Source: Heterodontus francisci (lineage: Eukaryota). Taken from it: 64,000 bases of DNA. Each line of letters opens with the position of its first letter. Position 1 is the first letter of the stretch. A program made the position numbers and the translations under genes. The notes below the pieces were generated by a model. The model did not search any database and was not told the DNA's origin. It was given only the letters and a program-made list of their open reading frames with translations. This document shows positions 36,606-51,379 of this stretch, in pieces. Where the stretch lies: NCBI RefSeq assembly GCF_036365525.1, contig NC_090393.1:54700488-54764487 (forward strand), given 5' to 3'.

Positions 36606-39600
36606 TTGTTGCTTTCCCCTGGGAGGTCATGCCCCCCAACAGTATCCAAAGCGGTATATCTCTTTGAGAGGGGGATGGCCAAAGGGCACTCCTGCACTAC
36701 CTGCCTGCGCCTACTACTCTGTCTGGTGGTCACCCATCTCTTTTCTGCCTGTGCAGCCATTACCTGCGGTGTCACCACCTCAGTAAACATGCTATCCACG
36801 ACGTCCTCAGCATCACAGATGCTCCACAGTGAATCCACCTGCAGCTCCAGCTCTGTCATGCGAGTAGCCAGTAGCTGCAGCTGGATACACTTCCAGCACA
36901 CATGGTCATCAGGGACAAAGGAAGCATCCCTGATTTCCCATGAAGCGCAGGAAGAGCATATCACGGGGCTGAGTTCTCCTGTCATGACTTACCCTTAGAT
37001 TAATTCGTTACTCCCTTAATTAAAAATACTAATTGCACTAAGGGCCTTTTTCTACCCACTTCAATCTAAAGTCATTTTAAAAAACACTTTAGTAGTACTC
37101 ACCTTATCACCAGAGGTTTTTTTTCCAACAAAAAAAGCAACATTCCCCTGATTTTTTAAAGATATTCTGACAGTTGATACTCACCAACCAATCACCTTGC
37201 AGCTCTCCTATGACGTCACTGTTGTTGTTTTTTCAAAACTCCTGCGCGCTGGAAGAGGTTCGACTGCTTTCCGCTCCCGGGAAGGTGTGTGCTTCTTCTC
37301 CATGCACCCTCTTTGCTAACAGCTGGACTGGAGGCAGGCTGTTGATCAGGATGCTTTTTGGCCTGGGATGACTTCGGCGGTCATCTTCTGGGTCCCTGAG
37401 GCCTGGAAGGCCCGGCTACCCTGGAGGGCTTCTTGCACCAGTTTTGTACTGTCCTCACACATCATAGCTCCTGGAGCTGGACTCACTGGCGGAGGTGCTG
37501 AGGAGCCCGTGTCCATACTCGAATCACCTTGAGGCGAGATCACAGATGCAGAACACAGTCTATCCTCCTCCATCTCAAGGTTCCTTGGAACCTCACAGGA
37601 ATGGGAACACACTCTATGCTCCTGGTCTTTCTCTCACCCTGCCATTGCTGCACCCTTTGTTTAAACCATGATTTGACTCTGCCCGGAAAGTTTCCATCTC
37701 TCTTTTGTCGTCTCCAGTAATTTTCTATTATGTAAAGCCCTAAACAGTCAATCCTCCAAAAAAATGTTTGTATTTGCTGGAACACTCTTCATCTTATCTT
37801 AGTTGCACCATCTTTCCAAGGCCTAGTCATCAATAATTCAAAATGCCAGTGTCTCTCACTTGCCTGCACATCCTCTGTTGTATTTTACCTGATCACATTA
37901 ATTGTATTCTCTCAACTCAGCAAGTACAGCTTGATTATTTTAGAAACAGTGAAATCTACACAAGATATTTTGTTTGCAGTCCAGTTCGGTTCATGCAAGG
38001 CATGACGGGGAACACGGCCAAGCTTTTTGCCGTGAATTCATTTGAAAAGATTTTCTTTTTCCTGCATCACCCTTTAAGTGCCTGGTGTGACCTGACATGC
38101 TATGACATATCTAACATTTGATTGTTTTTGGATATCTACATCAGAAGTGGTTTTGATATTGTTATATCTCAGCTGTGCTACTGTTTGTTCCAGATCAGTT
38201 AATCTCCCGTTAAACTTTGATAAATGTTCCAGCGCGGGACTGCTATGAGCAAATTTAATAATATATTAAAGCTAGCTGGACCTAAGCACATTGATTTCAG
38301 GCGCGACGGTAGCCAGTTGTTCTAACAATATGTTCCTCGACGATGGACTATTAAGCGCCTACATTTAATTAAAGCTGAACATAGTTACATACTGGTGTAA
38401 TTGTTCTTTTAACTCATTAGTAGTATTCTATACAGATACATTTCCTAATTAAGCACCTATCCGAATAGGCAGGTAATGAATTTACTTGAGAAGGGAATAT
38501 CATTCTTGGTTTTTCATAATCAGCCCCTTAGTAGCTATTGCTAACAGATTGGCATGACCCACCTGTCCATCACGTCACCGAATGACGTGCCTTATCTTTT
38601 TGCAGCTAAATGTAAGTTATTAGTACATAACTGCATACAACTCAGGCAACAGATTGTGATGCAATAAAATTATAATACATTGTACAGAAAGCTACAGTTT
38701 ATGATATCCTCAACAAATCTTAAAATATTATCTAAACTCTGCCTTTACCCCTATCAATCTTATGTATAGCTCTTACTAATTATTATTTCTTTCTAGCCTG
38801 TAATTGACCCAATCCAAATTTTGATCCTTTTAATTCAATTTTACTCCTTCTGACCATTACCAAAGTGTTTAATTCTATCCTGATTGTTTTAAAGTCAGTT
38901 TCTCTATGGGAGTATGGGTGAATGCCTTCATAACTAAAAATGTTGTCTCACTCTATTGGCCACAATAACTATTTCATGTTTTGCTGTTGTCAAGAAACTG
39001 TGCATATGAGACCTTTCCTTCAGTGCAAGTTTAGCCATGCATTTCTGCAAGTTATTTGCTTCACATGTAAGAAATCACATCTGCACAAATACCGATGTCC
39101 AATTCCGTGGGATCCGTTTTGGAGTCTCAGCTTTTTGCACGTAAATAAATGACCTGCATGTAGGAAAATAATATTGAAGTTCGCAGCTACCGTTAAGTTA
39201 GGAGACACAGTACGTGTGTGGCAGGGAGCAAGAAATTACATAGTTAGACGAAGTGAATTGAGAAAACATTGACAGACGGAGTTCTATGCCAGAAAGTGTG
39301 ACCTGAGAACAACAGAGAAGAATATTTTCTTAATACTGAGAAATTTGGATCCAGAGGAAGCAAAGGGATTTTCGGTGAGTATGTGCACAAATCATTAAAA
39401 GTTAATGCACAGGTGCAAAAAGTAACCGAAAAGGTAAATGGGATGTTGATAATTTTTCCAAAGGAGAATGGAATTTAAAAGTGAGGAAGTAATGCTTCAG
39501 TTATACACAGCCTTTGGCAGACTCCATCTGGAGTATTGCACCCGGAAGCTCAGTAAATATATGTTGGCCTTAAAAGGGATGCGGGGCAGATTCATCAATT

Positions 39601-42600
39601 CATTTGGCCTTTAAAGCATTAAGATGAGGATAGGTTGCATAAACGTGTCTTGTATTCCTTGAAATTAAGAAGATTGAAGGGTAATCTAATCTAATTATTT
39701 AAATGAATACAAAATTCGATAGGATCAATACAGAAAAACTATTTCTCTCACAGGGAATCCAAAAATTGAGGACATAATCTTACAGCTTTTTAATTTAAGA
39801 GTGATGTCAAGAAGCACTTTTTCACCCAAATTTCATTGTTAATTTGAACCTTATTATATCGAAAGGCTGAGGATGCTGGGTCATTTGGAACTTCTAAGAC
39901 TGAGTTGGAGTGGTTTTTTTTAGGTAAGTGTATCAAAGGATATGGAACAAATTTGTGTAAATGGAGTTGAGGTACAGATCATCTTTGATCTTATTGAATG
40001 CTGGAACAGACTGGACTGGCTGATTTACCTATTTATTTTGATATGCTTCGAGTGTCATAGACCAATAGAGTTATTATGGCAGAGAAGGAGGCTATTCGGC
40101 CCATCAAGTTCAAGCCAGCTCTCTGTAGAGCAATGCAGTCAGCCCCATTCACCCTTACTAGCCATGTAGTCCTGGAAGTTTGTTTCCCTCATGTCTCTAT
40201 CCAACTTCCTTTTGAAATCTGAAACAAAAACAAGAAATGCTGGATTCACTCAGCAGGTCTGGCAGCATCTGTGGAAAGAGAAGCAGAGTTAACGTTTCGG
40301 GTCAGTGACCCTTCTTCGGAACACTTTTTGCTTTTATTTTCCTTTTGAAATCGTTTGATTGTCGCTGCTTCCACCTCACTCATAGTCAACAAGTTCCTGG
40401 TCATTACCACTCGATAAGTAAAAGATTTCTTCCCCACATCTTCCCAGCAAATCATACCCAAAATCTTAAATCTGTATCCCCCAGTCCTTGTGCTATTAGC
40501 TAATGGGAAGAGCTTTTCCTTTTCTAGCTTATCTAAACCTGTCATAATCTTGTACATCTCTATCAGTTCTCCCGTCAACCTCCTTTGTTCCAGAGAACAT
40601 CGCCAGCTTCTTCAACCTCACCTTATAGCTAAAGTCTCTCATCCCAGGAATCATTCTGGTAAAACTCCTCTGCACCGTCTCAAGGATCTTCCCATCCTTC
40701 CTCATGTGTGGTGACCAGAACTGGATGCAATACTCTAGTTGTGGTCTAACTAGAGCTTTGTAAATGTTCATCTTAACTTTGCTGCTTTTGCACTCAATGC
40801 CTCTATCGATGAAACCCAAGATCCCATATGCTTTGCTAACTATTCTACCAATACGTCCTGCCACCTTCAAAGATCTATATATATGAACACCCAGGTTCCT
40901 CTGTTGCTGCACATTCTTCAGAACTGAGCCATTAAGTATATATTGCCTCTCCCTATCCCTTCTGATAAAATGCATCACCTGACACTTGGCTGTATTAAAT
41001 TTCATCTACTATTTGTCTATTGTGCAAGCCTATCTAGGTCCTGTTGCTGTCTATGGGTATCTTCCTCAATATTTGCCACACCTCCATGTTTGTTACATGG
41101 CAAATTTTGAAACTTTACTCCGTATTCTAAGATCCAAGTCATTTATACCTATCAAAAAGGAATGATCATAGCACTGACCCTTGGGGAACACCACTGTCTA
41201 CCATCCTCCTAAAATGCAACCATTTACCGCAACTTGCTGTTTTCTGTCTTGAAGCCAATTTTTTTTTACGTCCAAGCTGGCCCTGACCCATCTAATCCAT
41301 GAGTTTCAACTTTTTAACTAGCCTTGTCAAATGCTTTCTTACAATCCATTTTGACAACTTTCATTGCATTCCATGAATCAACCTTCTTTATCACTTCATC
41401 AAAATTTCAAATAAATTTGTCAACTACGATCTGCATTTTACAAATCCATGCTGGCTCTTTTTCATCAGCTCAAACCGCACCAAGTCCCTGTTGATTTATG
41501 TTTCATGACTATTATTTCTAAAATGTTACCCACCACTGATGTTAAACTGATTGGCCTGTACTGACTAGGAATGTCCTTACACCCTTTCGTGAACATTTGC
41601 CACTTTCCAATCCTCTGGCATCTCCCCCATATCTGGGGAAGATTGGAATGTTATGGCAAGACCTTCTGCTATCTCCACTCCCAGTTCCTTTAGCAACCTG
41701 GGACGAAAGCCATCTGGGCTAGGTGATTCATCCATAGCCAGCATTTCCAGTACATCCTGCTTATTAATTTTCACCACATTCATTTCCTCTACCATCTCCG
41801 TTTCTACTGATATTTTGTCAGCATCATCTTCCTTAGTAAACATCTAAGTACTCAATAAGTGCTCTAGCTTTTCCCAGTACCTCTAAGCATATATCACCTT
41901 CTTTGTCCCTAATCGGCCTCACAGTGCCTCTTACTATTGCTTCCTATTACATGTTGGTGGACGATTTTTGGGTTCCCCATTATGTTAACTGCCACTCCCA
42001 CCTCACCACTATGTTACGACCACAGCAGGAGCAACACATTGTCAATTCAGTCCCCTCACTCCACAGGTCGCAGCATACTATTAAGCTTTCACACCCAATT
42101 GGAAAACAGCCAAATTAAACACTCTAGTAACCCAAGAATGAAACAGACCAAACTAGGTATCTTTAGAGAACAACAAATTAACTATTTATTAAAACTAAAT
42201 CTTAAACACTATTAAGATATAACTATGTCCAAAGACCTTATAACTTCTTATTTTAATCTAAGTACCCCATGCAAGCACATACATTCAAAAACTAACAGTT
42301 AATCAGTTTTATAAGTGGTGTTTTTAAAATTACCTGTCTCTTAAGAATAAATAAAATAAGTAAGTTTTTGCAGGTTACGTTGCTGATGGATGAGGTCTTC
42401 TAATGTGAAAATAGTTAAAGGCCACTCGAAGTCTTCATCTGGATTTGATGAAAATAGTCCTTCAGTCGATAGGTATTCAACTCTTCAGCTGCAGCAAGCA
42501 TTAAACAGTTCTTTGAATGATAAGCACAGCAATACAAACGGTTTCTTCCAAAAGAAGGCTTTTTCTTCTTTACTCAGGGAATTAACTTGGTTGGTAGCTC

Positions 42601-45600
42601 CTTGTCGAATTTTCGGCTGAGAGGGAAAGTACAGTTTTCTCTCTTCAGTACGCTTCACTGGAAAATCTCTCAACACTGACTGGTGTCAGCTGGTTTCTGC
42701 CAGTTCCACACACAGTCAAAGTGGAAGCATCATACCATGTGAACTCTCTCTCCTGCTGTTGCCCAGGGTAAAATAATGCACCTGTGGCACACTGTGTCCC
42801 CAGACCTTTCTCTCCCTTAAAGGTACACTGTTTTTAACAGAGTCTTAAAAGTCCACACACTGTTTTTAATCCAAGGAGAAAAATAGTTACACGTCTGTGA
42901 CAACTGGAATTCAGCAGTTTAGTCCGTGTTTGGACCAAGGCTGTAATTAATTAGTTCTAGAGCCAATTGAGTGCCAGTGAGCAGGTTATTGCCAAGTACA
43001 TACCACTTGACAGCACTGCTGACAACACCTTCCAGCAGCTTGCTGATGATTGAGAATAGACTGATAGGGTGGTAATTAACCAGGCTGATTTGCCCAGCGT
43101 TTGGTGGACAGGACATACCTGGGCAATTGGTAGATGCCAGTGTTGTGTCTGGACTGGAACAGCTTGGCTGGAGGTGCAACTAGTTCTGTGGTGCAAGCCT
43201 TAAGTAATACAGCAGAGATGTTGTTACGGCCCATAGCCATTGTGGTATCCAGTGCCTTTAGCCATTTCTTGGTAGCAAATGGAATGAATCAAAATTGGCT
43301 GAAGTCTGCCATCTTTTTATTTTATTCATTTCATGAGGTGTGTCACTGGCAAGGGCAGCATTTTTTGCCCATCCCTAATTGCCCTTGAGAAAGTGGTGGC
43401 AAGCTGCCTTCTTGAACTGCTGCAGTCCATCTGGTGGGGATACTCACACAGTGCTATTAGGGATGGAGTTCCAGGATTTTGGTTCATTGACAGTGAAGGA
43501 ACAGCGATATATTTCCAAGTTAGGAAGGAGTGCGGCTTAGAGGGATGCTTACAGGATGGTGATGTTCCCACATGTCTGCTGCCCTTGTACTTCTAGGTGG
43601 AAGAGGTCGCATGTTTGGAAGGTTCTATCGATGGAGGCATGGTGAGTTGCTGCAGTGCATTTAGTAAATGGTACATCGTGCTGCCACTGTGCGCTGGCGG
43701 TTGAGGGAGTGAATGTTTAAGATGGTGGATGGGGTGTAAATCAAGCGTGCTGCTTTTTCCTGGATGCTGTCATGCTTCCTGAGTATCGTTGGAACCGCAC
43801 TCATCCACGCAAGTGAAGAGTATCCATCACACTCCTGAATTGTGTTTCGTAGATGGTGGACAATCTTTGGGGAGTCAGGAGGTGGGTTACTCACCACAGA
43901 AGTCCGAGCTTCTGACCTACTCTTGCAGCCACAGTATTTATGTGGCTGCTCCAGTTCCGTTTCAGGTCAATTGTAACACCCTGCTTATAGTAGGGGATTC
44001 TGTGATGACAATGCCATTCAATGTTCAGGGGAGATCATTGGATTTTGTCTTGTTGGAAATTATCAATGCCTGGCACTTCTGTGGTGCAGATGTTACTTAC
44101 CACTTATCAGCCAAAGCCTGAATGTTGTCCAGGTCTTGCTGCATAAGGACATGGACTGCATCACTATCTCTGATGGTAGTGGCCTCAGGAGGAGGCTGAG
44201 ATGGATCAGCACTTCAGGCTGAAGGTTGTTGCAGTGCTTCAGCCCTGTCTTTGGCACTCTCACGCTGGGTTCTTCCCCCTTTGAGTATTGGAATAGACAT
44301 GAAGAATCCTCCTCCCATTAGTTGTCAACTTTGTTTCCTACCATTCGTGACTGGATTGGGCAGGACTACGGATTTTGATCTGATCCATTGATTGTGGGGT
44401 TGCTTAATTCTGTCGATAGCATACTGCTTCCGTTGTTTAGCATGCATGTAGTCCTGTGTTTCAGTTTCACCAGTCATACAGCTCACTTTTAAGTTTGCCT
44501 GGCGTTACTCATGGCATGCTGTCCACCACTGCTAACTGAACCAGGATTTAGAGCATGGGAACCCAACCCGAACCCGACCAGAACCGATGACGTGTCAGCT
44601 TTGGGTCGGGTCTCTCTTCCTGGTCCGGCATTGGGGTTCAGGTCGGGTCGGGCTGGGTGGGTCACAGTGCTGCCTTTTGCTTAAGGAGGGAAAAGCTTCA
44701 AAATTTGAACGGCCAGGACGTCAAGGCAAGAAATGTGCATCCGGGCTCGGCACTAGTCTGCAGTGCATGATTCCATTCAAGGTAGAGCACAACCTCTTTG
44801 ATATAATCAACTTCATTCCAGTAGTCGTGCCAGGCGAGTTGGGTCGCGTCGGGCGCATGAACAAATCAAAGGACTCAGGATGGGTCGGATTCGGGGTCGG
44901 ATGTGGTTCTCTCGTTCCAGGGTTGGGTTTCAATTGCATACCTGAGCAGGCCTTTACCAGGGTTAGCCCCGTCGCGTGATGGTGATAGTAGAGTGTGGCC
45001 ATGAGATTACAGATTGTGCTTGAATATAATTCTGCTGCTTTTGATGTCTCACAGTGCTTCAAGGATGTCCCATTTTCAGCTTCGAGATCTGTTCTGCTCT
45101 AACCCATTTTGTATGGTGCTACTGCCATGGAACATGATGGAGGGTTTCATCAGTGTGAAGGCAGGACTTTGTCTTCACAAGGGCTGTGCAGTGGTGACTC
45201 CTAACAACACTGTCATAGACAGATGCATCTGCAACAGAGAGGCTGACGAGGACTGGCTCAGGTCGGTTTTCCAACATGATGGGTCTCTCACTACCTGCTG
45301 CAGACCCAGTATGGCAGCTTCGTCAGTAGTGGTGCTACTGAGCCACTTTTGGTGCTGGACATTTAAGTCCCTCACCCAGATTATATTCTGAGCACTTGCT
45401 ACTATCAGTGCTTCTTCAAGTGGTGTTCAACATAGAGGAGGACTTATTTATCAGCCGAGGGAGGGCCGTAGGTGATAATCAGCCATAAGAATTTATGGAG
45501 CCAAAATTATTTTAAGGATTCCCAGGTTCAGTCCCTCCCAACCATATACCACTGCGCCTTCACCTCTGGTGAGTCTGGACAGAGTTTTATGTTGGGCGGG

Positions 45601-48600
45601 AGGTCCCGCCCACCGGCCAAACCTTCGGGGATGAGCCCACCTCTGCCGGGCCTGGAGACCCACGCCAGGCTTTTACACTCCCCAGCCTATTACTTGCCGC
45701 TGCTACCCCTCATAAAATTGTAGTGCCTATTTAAGACAGAGATGAGGAGAAAGGTTTTCTCTCAGAGGGTCGTAAGTCTTTGGAACTCTCATCGTGCAAA
45801 GTCAGTGGAAGAGGTACTTAGAATCTTGATAAACAAGAGGGTGAAAGGTTATTGGCGGTAGGCAGGAATGGGGTGTTGAGGTTACATTCAGATCAGCCAT
45901 GATCTTGTTGAATGGCGGAGGAGGCACGAGGGGCCGGGTGGTCTACTCCAGCACTTAATTCATATGTTCGTATGTTCGTATATCATCCCTGTGTCATATG
46001 TTACAGCACCAGCAGGTGGCAATGTTGCACTACATTTATTTGGTGCACAAATGTCAATGGCATCTCAGACATTTCTTATGAGTAAAAATAAGAACATTTT
46101 GTGATTAATTATATCACATTTTATCAAAATATTACAACTTAAAGATATTTGTCTCTCAATTAGCCACAATTATTTACATCAAACCTTTGATACTTCCGAA
46201 ATTGTCTTTAACATTTCCCGTTGCTTGGTTTCGGCTTGCAAAATGCGAACAATATAAGTGACTCCTTGCAACTCAGAGCAAGCACAGAGCGATCGCGGAT
46301 GTCATCAATCTGTGCGGACGTTTGCCAGCTTGCCAGTATGAATGCGCGGTTGCCTTGTCAGCAAACTCAGCCCATCTAAACCTGTGGTTCTCAAACAGAG
46401 CTCCCCAGACCCGTGGGGTCCGCAGTGACCTTCTGTGCTGTCCGCGTGCAGGACAACCTTATAGTTGGACGGCTGTCCAGGGCTCCGTAACCAGGAGTAT
46501 GCAAGTGAACGGCGATCGCAGCCGTGCTCTGCTCCATCGTGTTCCTCCAGTGTTTTTTTCCGTGATCTGCTTCCCCCGTGATGCGATTCCCGCCATTGTA
46601 CTGCTCTCTCCGGGTTGCTGCCAAGAATAGACAGACTATGCAGTGAGAAGCAGGCACTCCCATCACACTGTTATCTATAAGTAAATACCGGTCTTCTCAA
46701 AACCGTTCTTAAAACAATCTTTACATGCAGAACTTTCATATTTTGAGCTTGATATAGCATTATAATTGGGCCGGGGTGGGGGGCATGATTACTAATCTAT
46801 TAATCCGTTAAAAGGAGTCCTTTAGTGAAAAAGATTTGAGAACCACTGGACTAGAGAAACTGGGGCTTCTCTCAGAGTGGAGCACGTTAAAGAGAGATTT
46901 GATCGAGATGTTCTTCAAGCAACAGAAAAGCAAATAATGCGAATGCTACAAATCTGAAATAGAAACAGAAAATGCTGGAAATACTCAGCAGGTCTGCCAG
47001 CATCTGTGGAGACAGGAACAGAGTTAACTTTTCATGTCGATGACCCTTCATGAGAACTGGGAAACGTTGTAAATGTAAAAGATTTATAGTAGTATAAATA
47101 TAGGAGGATGGAAATAGAACAAAATGGAACGTCTGTGATAGGGTGAAAGTTGGGAGACATTGAGTGACAAAGGAGTTGGTGGGGCAGAGTGAAAGGGAGT
47201 AGTAATGGGACAAGTAAAGAAAAAAAATGTCTCCAGAGGAGGTGTGAATGGCAGCATAATGAACAGCTACAATCCAAAAGCAAAAACAAGAGAAAAAGTG
47301 TGAAAAACAAGACAGCAGTCGAAACATGCAAAGGAAAGGTATTAAAATGGGGGCAGAGATTAGAGTCTGGAATTGTTGAACTCAGTATTGAGTCTAGAAG
47401 GCTGTAGAGTGACTAATCAAGAGATGAGCTTCATTGGAACACTGCAGCAGGCCGAGAACAGAGATGCCAGCGTGAGAGCATGATGGAGAATTAAAGCTGC
47501 AGTCCACTGGAAGCCTGGGGTCATGCTTGTGGCTGACCAGAGGTATTCCACTAATTGTTCACCCAATCTGCATTTATTCTCCTTAATGTAGAGCAGATTG
47601 CATTGTGAGCAGCATAAACGGTGGATAGGTTACTAGGCTGTTTCCCCTCGAAGGAGTGTTTGAGGCCTAGGACAGTGAGGCGAGATGAGGCAAGGGGACA
47701 GTTCCTGTATCTCCTGTGCTTGCATGGAAGGGGACAGGGTGTTGGGTGTGAGAGAGGAGTGGAGCAGGGTGTCACGGAGGGAATGTTCCCTCCAGAATGC
47801 TGAATGGGGAGGGGAGCGAAAATGTGTTTGATGGTGGCATCAAGTTGAATGGGGCAGAAATAGTGGAGGATGATCCATTGTATGTGGAAGCTGGTGGGGT
47901 AGAAGGTGAGGACAAGGGGAAACCTATTGTGGCTCTGGGAGGGATGGAAAGGTTTGACAGCCGAAGTGTGCGATATGGGTCAGACATGGTTGAGGGCCCT
48001 GTCAGCCACGTTGGGGGGCGGAGAGTTGCGGGGGATAGAATCCTTGGTTGAGGAAGAAGGGAGACATATCCGAAGTACTGGTGTGGAAGGTTGCATCATC
48101 AGAATAGAGATGGAGAAACTGGGAGAATGGAATGTAGTCCATACAGAAAGTAATTTGTGACTGTGTAGTTGAGGCAGCTGAGCCAATCAGTGGGCGTATT
48201 ATGACTATTTGTTTATAGCCCATCACTATAAATGAAGACAAAGAGGCACAGGAAGGGAAGCGGAGTTGGAGATTGCTCATGAGAAGCTGAGAGAAGGGCC
48301 GAAATTGGAATCAAAGTTGAAAAACATTTCCAATTCAGAGTGAGAGCAGGGAATGACACTGATACATTCATCAATTTACTGGAAATAGAGTTGAGGGAAG
48401 GGGAACGAGGAATCTTCCACATTTTCCACAAAAAGGCGGGCATAACTGGAACCGAGGTGGGTAGCCATCGCAACACCTTTTAACTGGAGGAAGTGAGATG
48501 AGTGAAAGAAGAATTTATTCAATGTGAGAACAAGTTCCAACAGGCAGAAGTGGATGGTAGTGGATGGAAACTGGTTGCACCTCCATTCAAAGAAGATGTG

Positions 48601-50692
48601 GAGAGCCCTCAAACCATCCTGGTGGGGGATGGAGGTGTGGAGAGATTGGACGTCCATGGTGATGAGAAGACGGCTATGGTCGGGAAACTGGAAACAGTTG
48701 AAGTGACAGTGGGCATCAGAAGAGTCACGGATGTAGGTAGGAAAGACTGGACAAGGGGAGAACAAAATAGATTCGAGAGGAAGAAATCAGTTCAGTAGGG
48801 CAGGAACAGGTTGAAGCAATAAGTCTCTTTGGGTCGTCCTGTGTGTGGATCTTGGGAAGCAGGTGGACGTGGGCTGTAAGGCGTTGGGGAACTATGAGGT
48901 TCTAAGCTGTGGAGGGATGATCTCCAGTCGTGGAAATAATGGTTTGGTGTTTGGTACTGTGGTTATTCTTCAGGGAGAGGTAGGAGGAAGTGTCAGAGAG
49001 TTGATGTTCAGCATCTGATAGGTAAAGATCAGTTTGTCAGTCAACAACAGCACCATTCTTGTCAGCAGCTTTGATATGATGTTAGGGTTGGACCTGGGAG
49101 AACAGAATGCAGTCAGTTCAGGGGGAGATAGGTGATAGTGAGTGTGGGAGCAGAGAAATTGAGACGGTCAATGTCACATTGCATTTCTCAATGTAAAGAT
49201 CAAGAGAGGTAAGAGGCAGGGGAGGAGGGAGGTGGGGGGGGGGGGGGGGTGGTGCAAGGTGGAGGGAGAATATTGGAAATGGGTAAACTGGTTTGATGTG
49301 TGAAGGGAGGACTCCTGGCCAAAGAAGTCGGCGCAGAGGCAAAGACAATGGAAAAAGAGCTCAACATGGTGCCGAGATCAAAATTCTTTGAGATAGGCCG
49401 TAAGGGAATAAAGCTGAATCCTTTACGAAGAACATATTGTCCAGGGTCAAGGTGGGGAATGTGGGAAGTTATTGTGAATACACGGCAAGAGGTGAGATTA
49501 GAAGAAGGGATGTAGTCAGAAGGAAGTGAAGGGGAGAAAGATCTGGAAGGGTATTGGTACCCATGAGCTGTCTGAGCTTGCGATCCTCAACAACTGACAT
49601 GAAGATAAAAAGTTCTTGAAGGAATTTGATAGAGTAAATAAGCAGCATGTCTTTCCAGTGGCAGAGTTTCGACAAACAGAGGTCACAGATTTAAGGTAAT
49701 TTGGGAAAAGAACAGAAGGGCAAGGAGGGAAACAAAGACACGCCAGTTGTTTTGATCTGGAATACATCAGCTGAAATGTTGGTGGGAGAAGATTTAATAA
49801 TAACTTTCGAAAGGGAATTTGATAATCACTTGAAGGTGGGAAATATAGAGGGTTCTGGAGAAAGACGAGGGCATTGGATCTAATTTGATAGCTGCTTCAC
49901 AGAGCCTACATAGGCGCTATGGGCCGATTGGCCTCCTTTGGTGCTGTTTCATTCCATGAATCTATGTACTATCTGAGACACTATCTGCAACCACGACGGC
50001 CAGTGCTCTCAGTGTACTGATTGAATCGTTATTTCTTGATCTCTCTCTGTGCCTTTCAGTTGGACAATGAGAATGGAATTTCGCACAACAGTGACATCGC
50101 ACAGATGATTTCACTTTGCCGTTTTTCATAACTATCACAAGTCTAATGAACAACTGTTATATTTGACTCATTTACCCTTCATTTTTCAATTCATTGACAT
50201 GACATTCTAAACCTCACCGTTTCCTGTGACACAAATAACTTGCCCGGATCCATTAATAAAACATCTTGCGGAAAGCACCATTTCCTGGTCCACATTATTC
50301 TCACAAAGTTTAACTCACCAAGACTTCCCAGGAAGTGCACTATTGTCACCTCATTGCAGGGCAAGATGAAAATAAAACATTTCGATGTGTTTGTTAAACC
50401 TTCATTCATTTCCATGATCGATCGATCGATCGATCTATCTATCCCTGATGTCAATAGGGACAGTGCCCAATTTCTTTACTTCCTTGCTGCAAACAAATCA
50501 AATCTCAACTCATACTTTGCTTATCCAATGCGCTCTTCCCGAGCTCCATAGAGCTATTAAAGTATTTACTATGCTCAATCATTCTCCAGTTGTATCCGAT
50601 CTCATTGACGTTTTGTTTCTCTTTTTCTAAAATGGCTGACATGCGCGTAATTCAAATATCAGTCAACACAGGGCATGGGATCCCGTGACCTG

Positions 50693-50761
50693 ATTTACAT
50701 GAATGGAAATTTGCATGTAAATTTAATATTCAATGACGTTGCGAAGGTTGAAACTTTTTAA
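50693..50761 (+). promoter_or_regulatory. Ig light-chain promoter, cluster 2
   Basis: ATTTGCAT at 50709-50716 with the same flanking motifs as cluster 1. Confidence 0.85.
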
Positions 50762-50839
50762 GGAGAGGTTTAGAAAGAGCCCAGAACCACATTCGTGTCA
50801 GGAACTATTCTCCATCTGACCCTCACTAGAACCTTCACC

Positions 50840-50888
50840 ATGACTGAATGGGTTCAGGTTCTTGCCGCACTGATGCTGTGTCTCCACA
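50840..50888 (+). CDS. IGL: Ig light chain cluster 2, leader exon
   Basis: MTEWVQVLAALMLCLH, donor gtaagt at 50889; one silent change vs cluster 1. Confidence 0.93.
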
Positions 50889-51031
50889 GTAAGTACAGGC
50901 GTTAACCTTCATTATCGCTGCTGTTTGCATTGCTCGGAATTTTTTTTTGTGCTTGTGTTTAACAGACCTGAATTAGCAACAATATTCACAATTGCAGAGT
51001 TTGACTGATCAATAACTTGTTATTTCACCAG

Positions 51032-51379
51032 GCACAAACGCGGATGCTGTCCTGACTCAGCCAGGATCCATCTCCACCTCCCCGGGGAGCACCGTCAAGA
51101 TCACCTGCACCATGTCCGGAGGCAGCATCGGCAGCTACTACACGAGCTGGTACTGGCAGAAACCCAGCAGTGCCCCTGTATTGGTTTGGAGCCAGTTGGG
51201 CGGTAAAGCTTCGGGGATTCCAGATCGATTTACCGGGTCTGTGGAGTCATCGAGTAACAAGTTGCTTTTAACCATCACCAATGTGCAGTCGGAGGACGCC
51301 GCCGATTATTACTGTGCTGCCCTGCTTGGCAGTACAGCTGCATTTATTTTCGGGAGAGGAACCATGCTGAACCTGGACA
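51032..51379 (+). CDS. IGL: Ig light chain cluster 2, fused VJ exon
   Basis: 348 nt, same length as cluster 1; ...EDAADYYC-AALLGSTAAFI-FGRGTMLNLD; intact AG/GT splice sites; no RSS. Confidence 0.97.
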
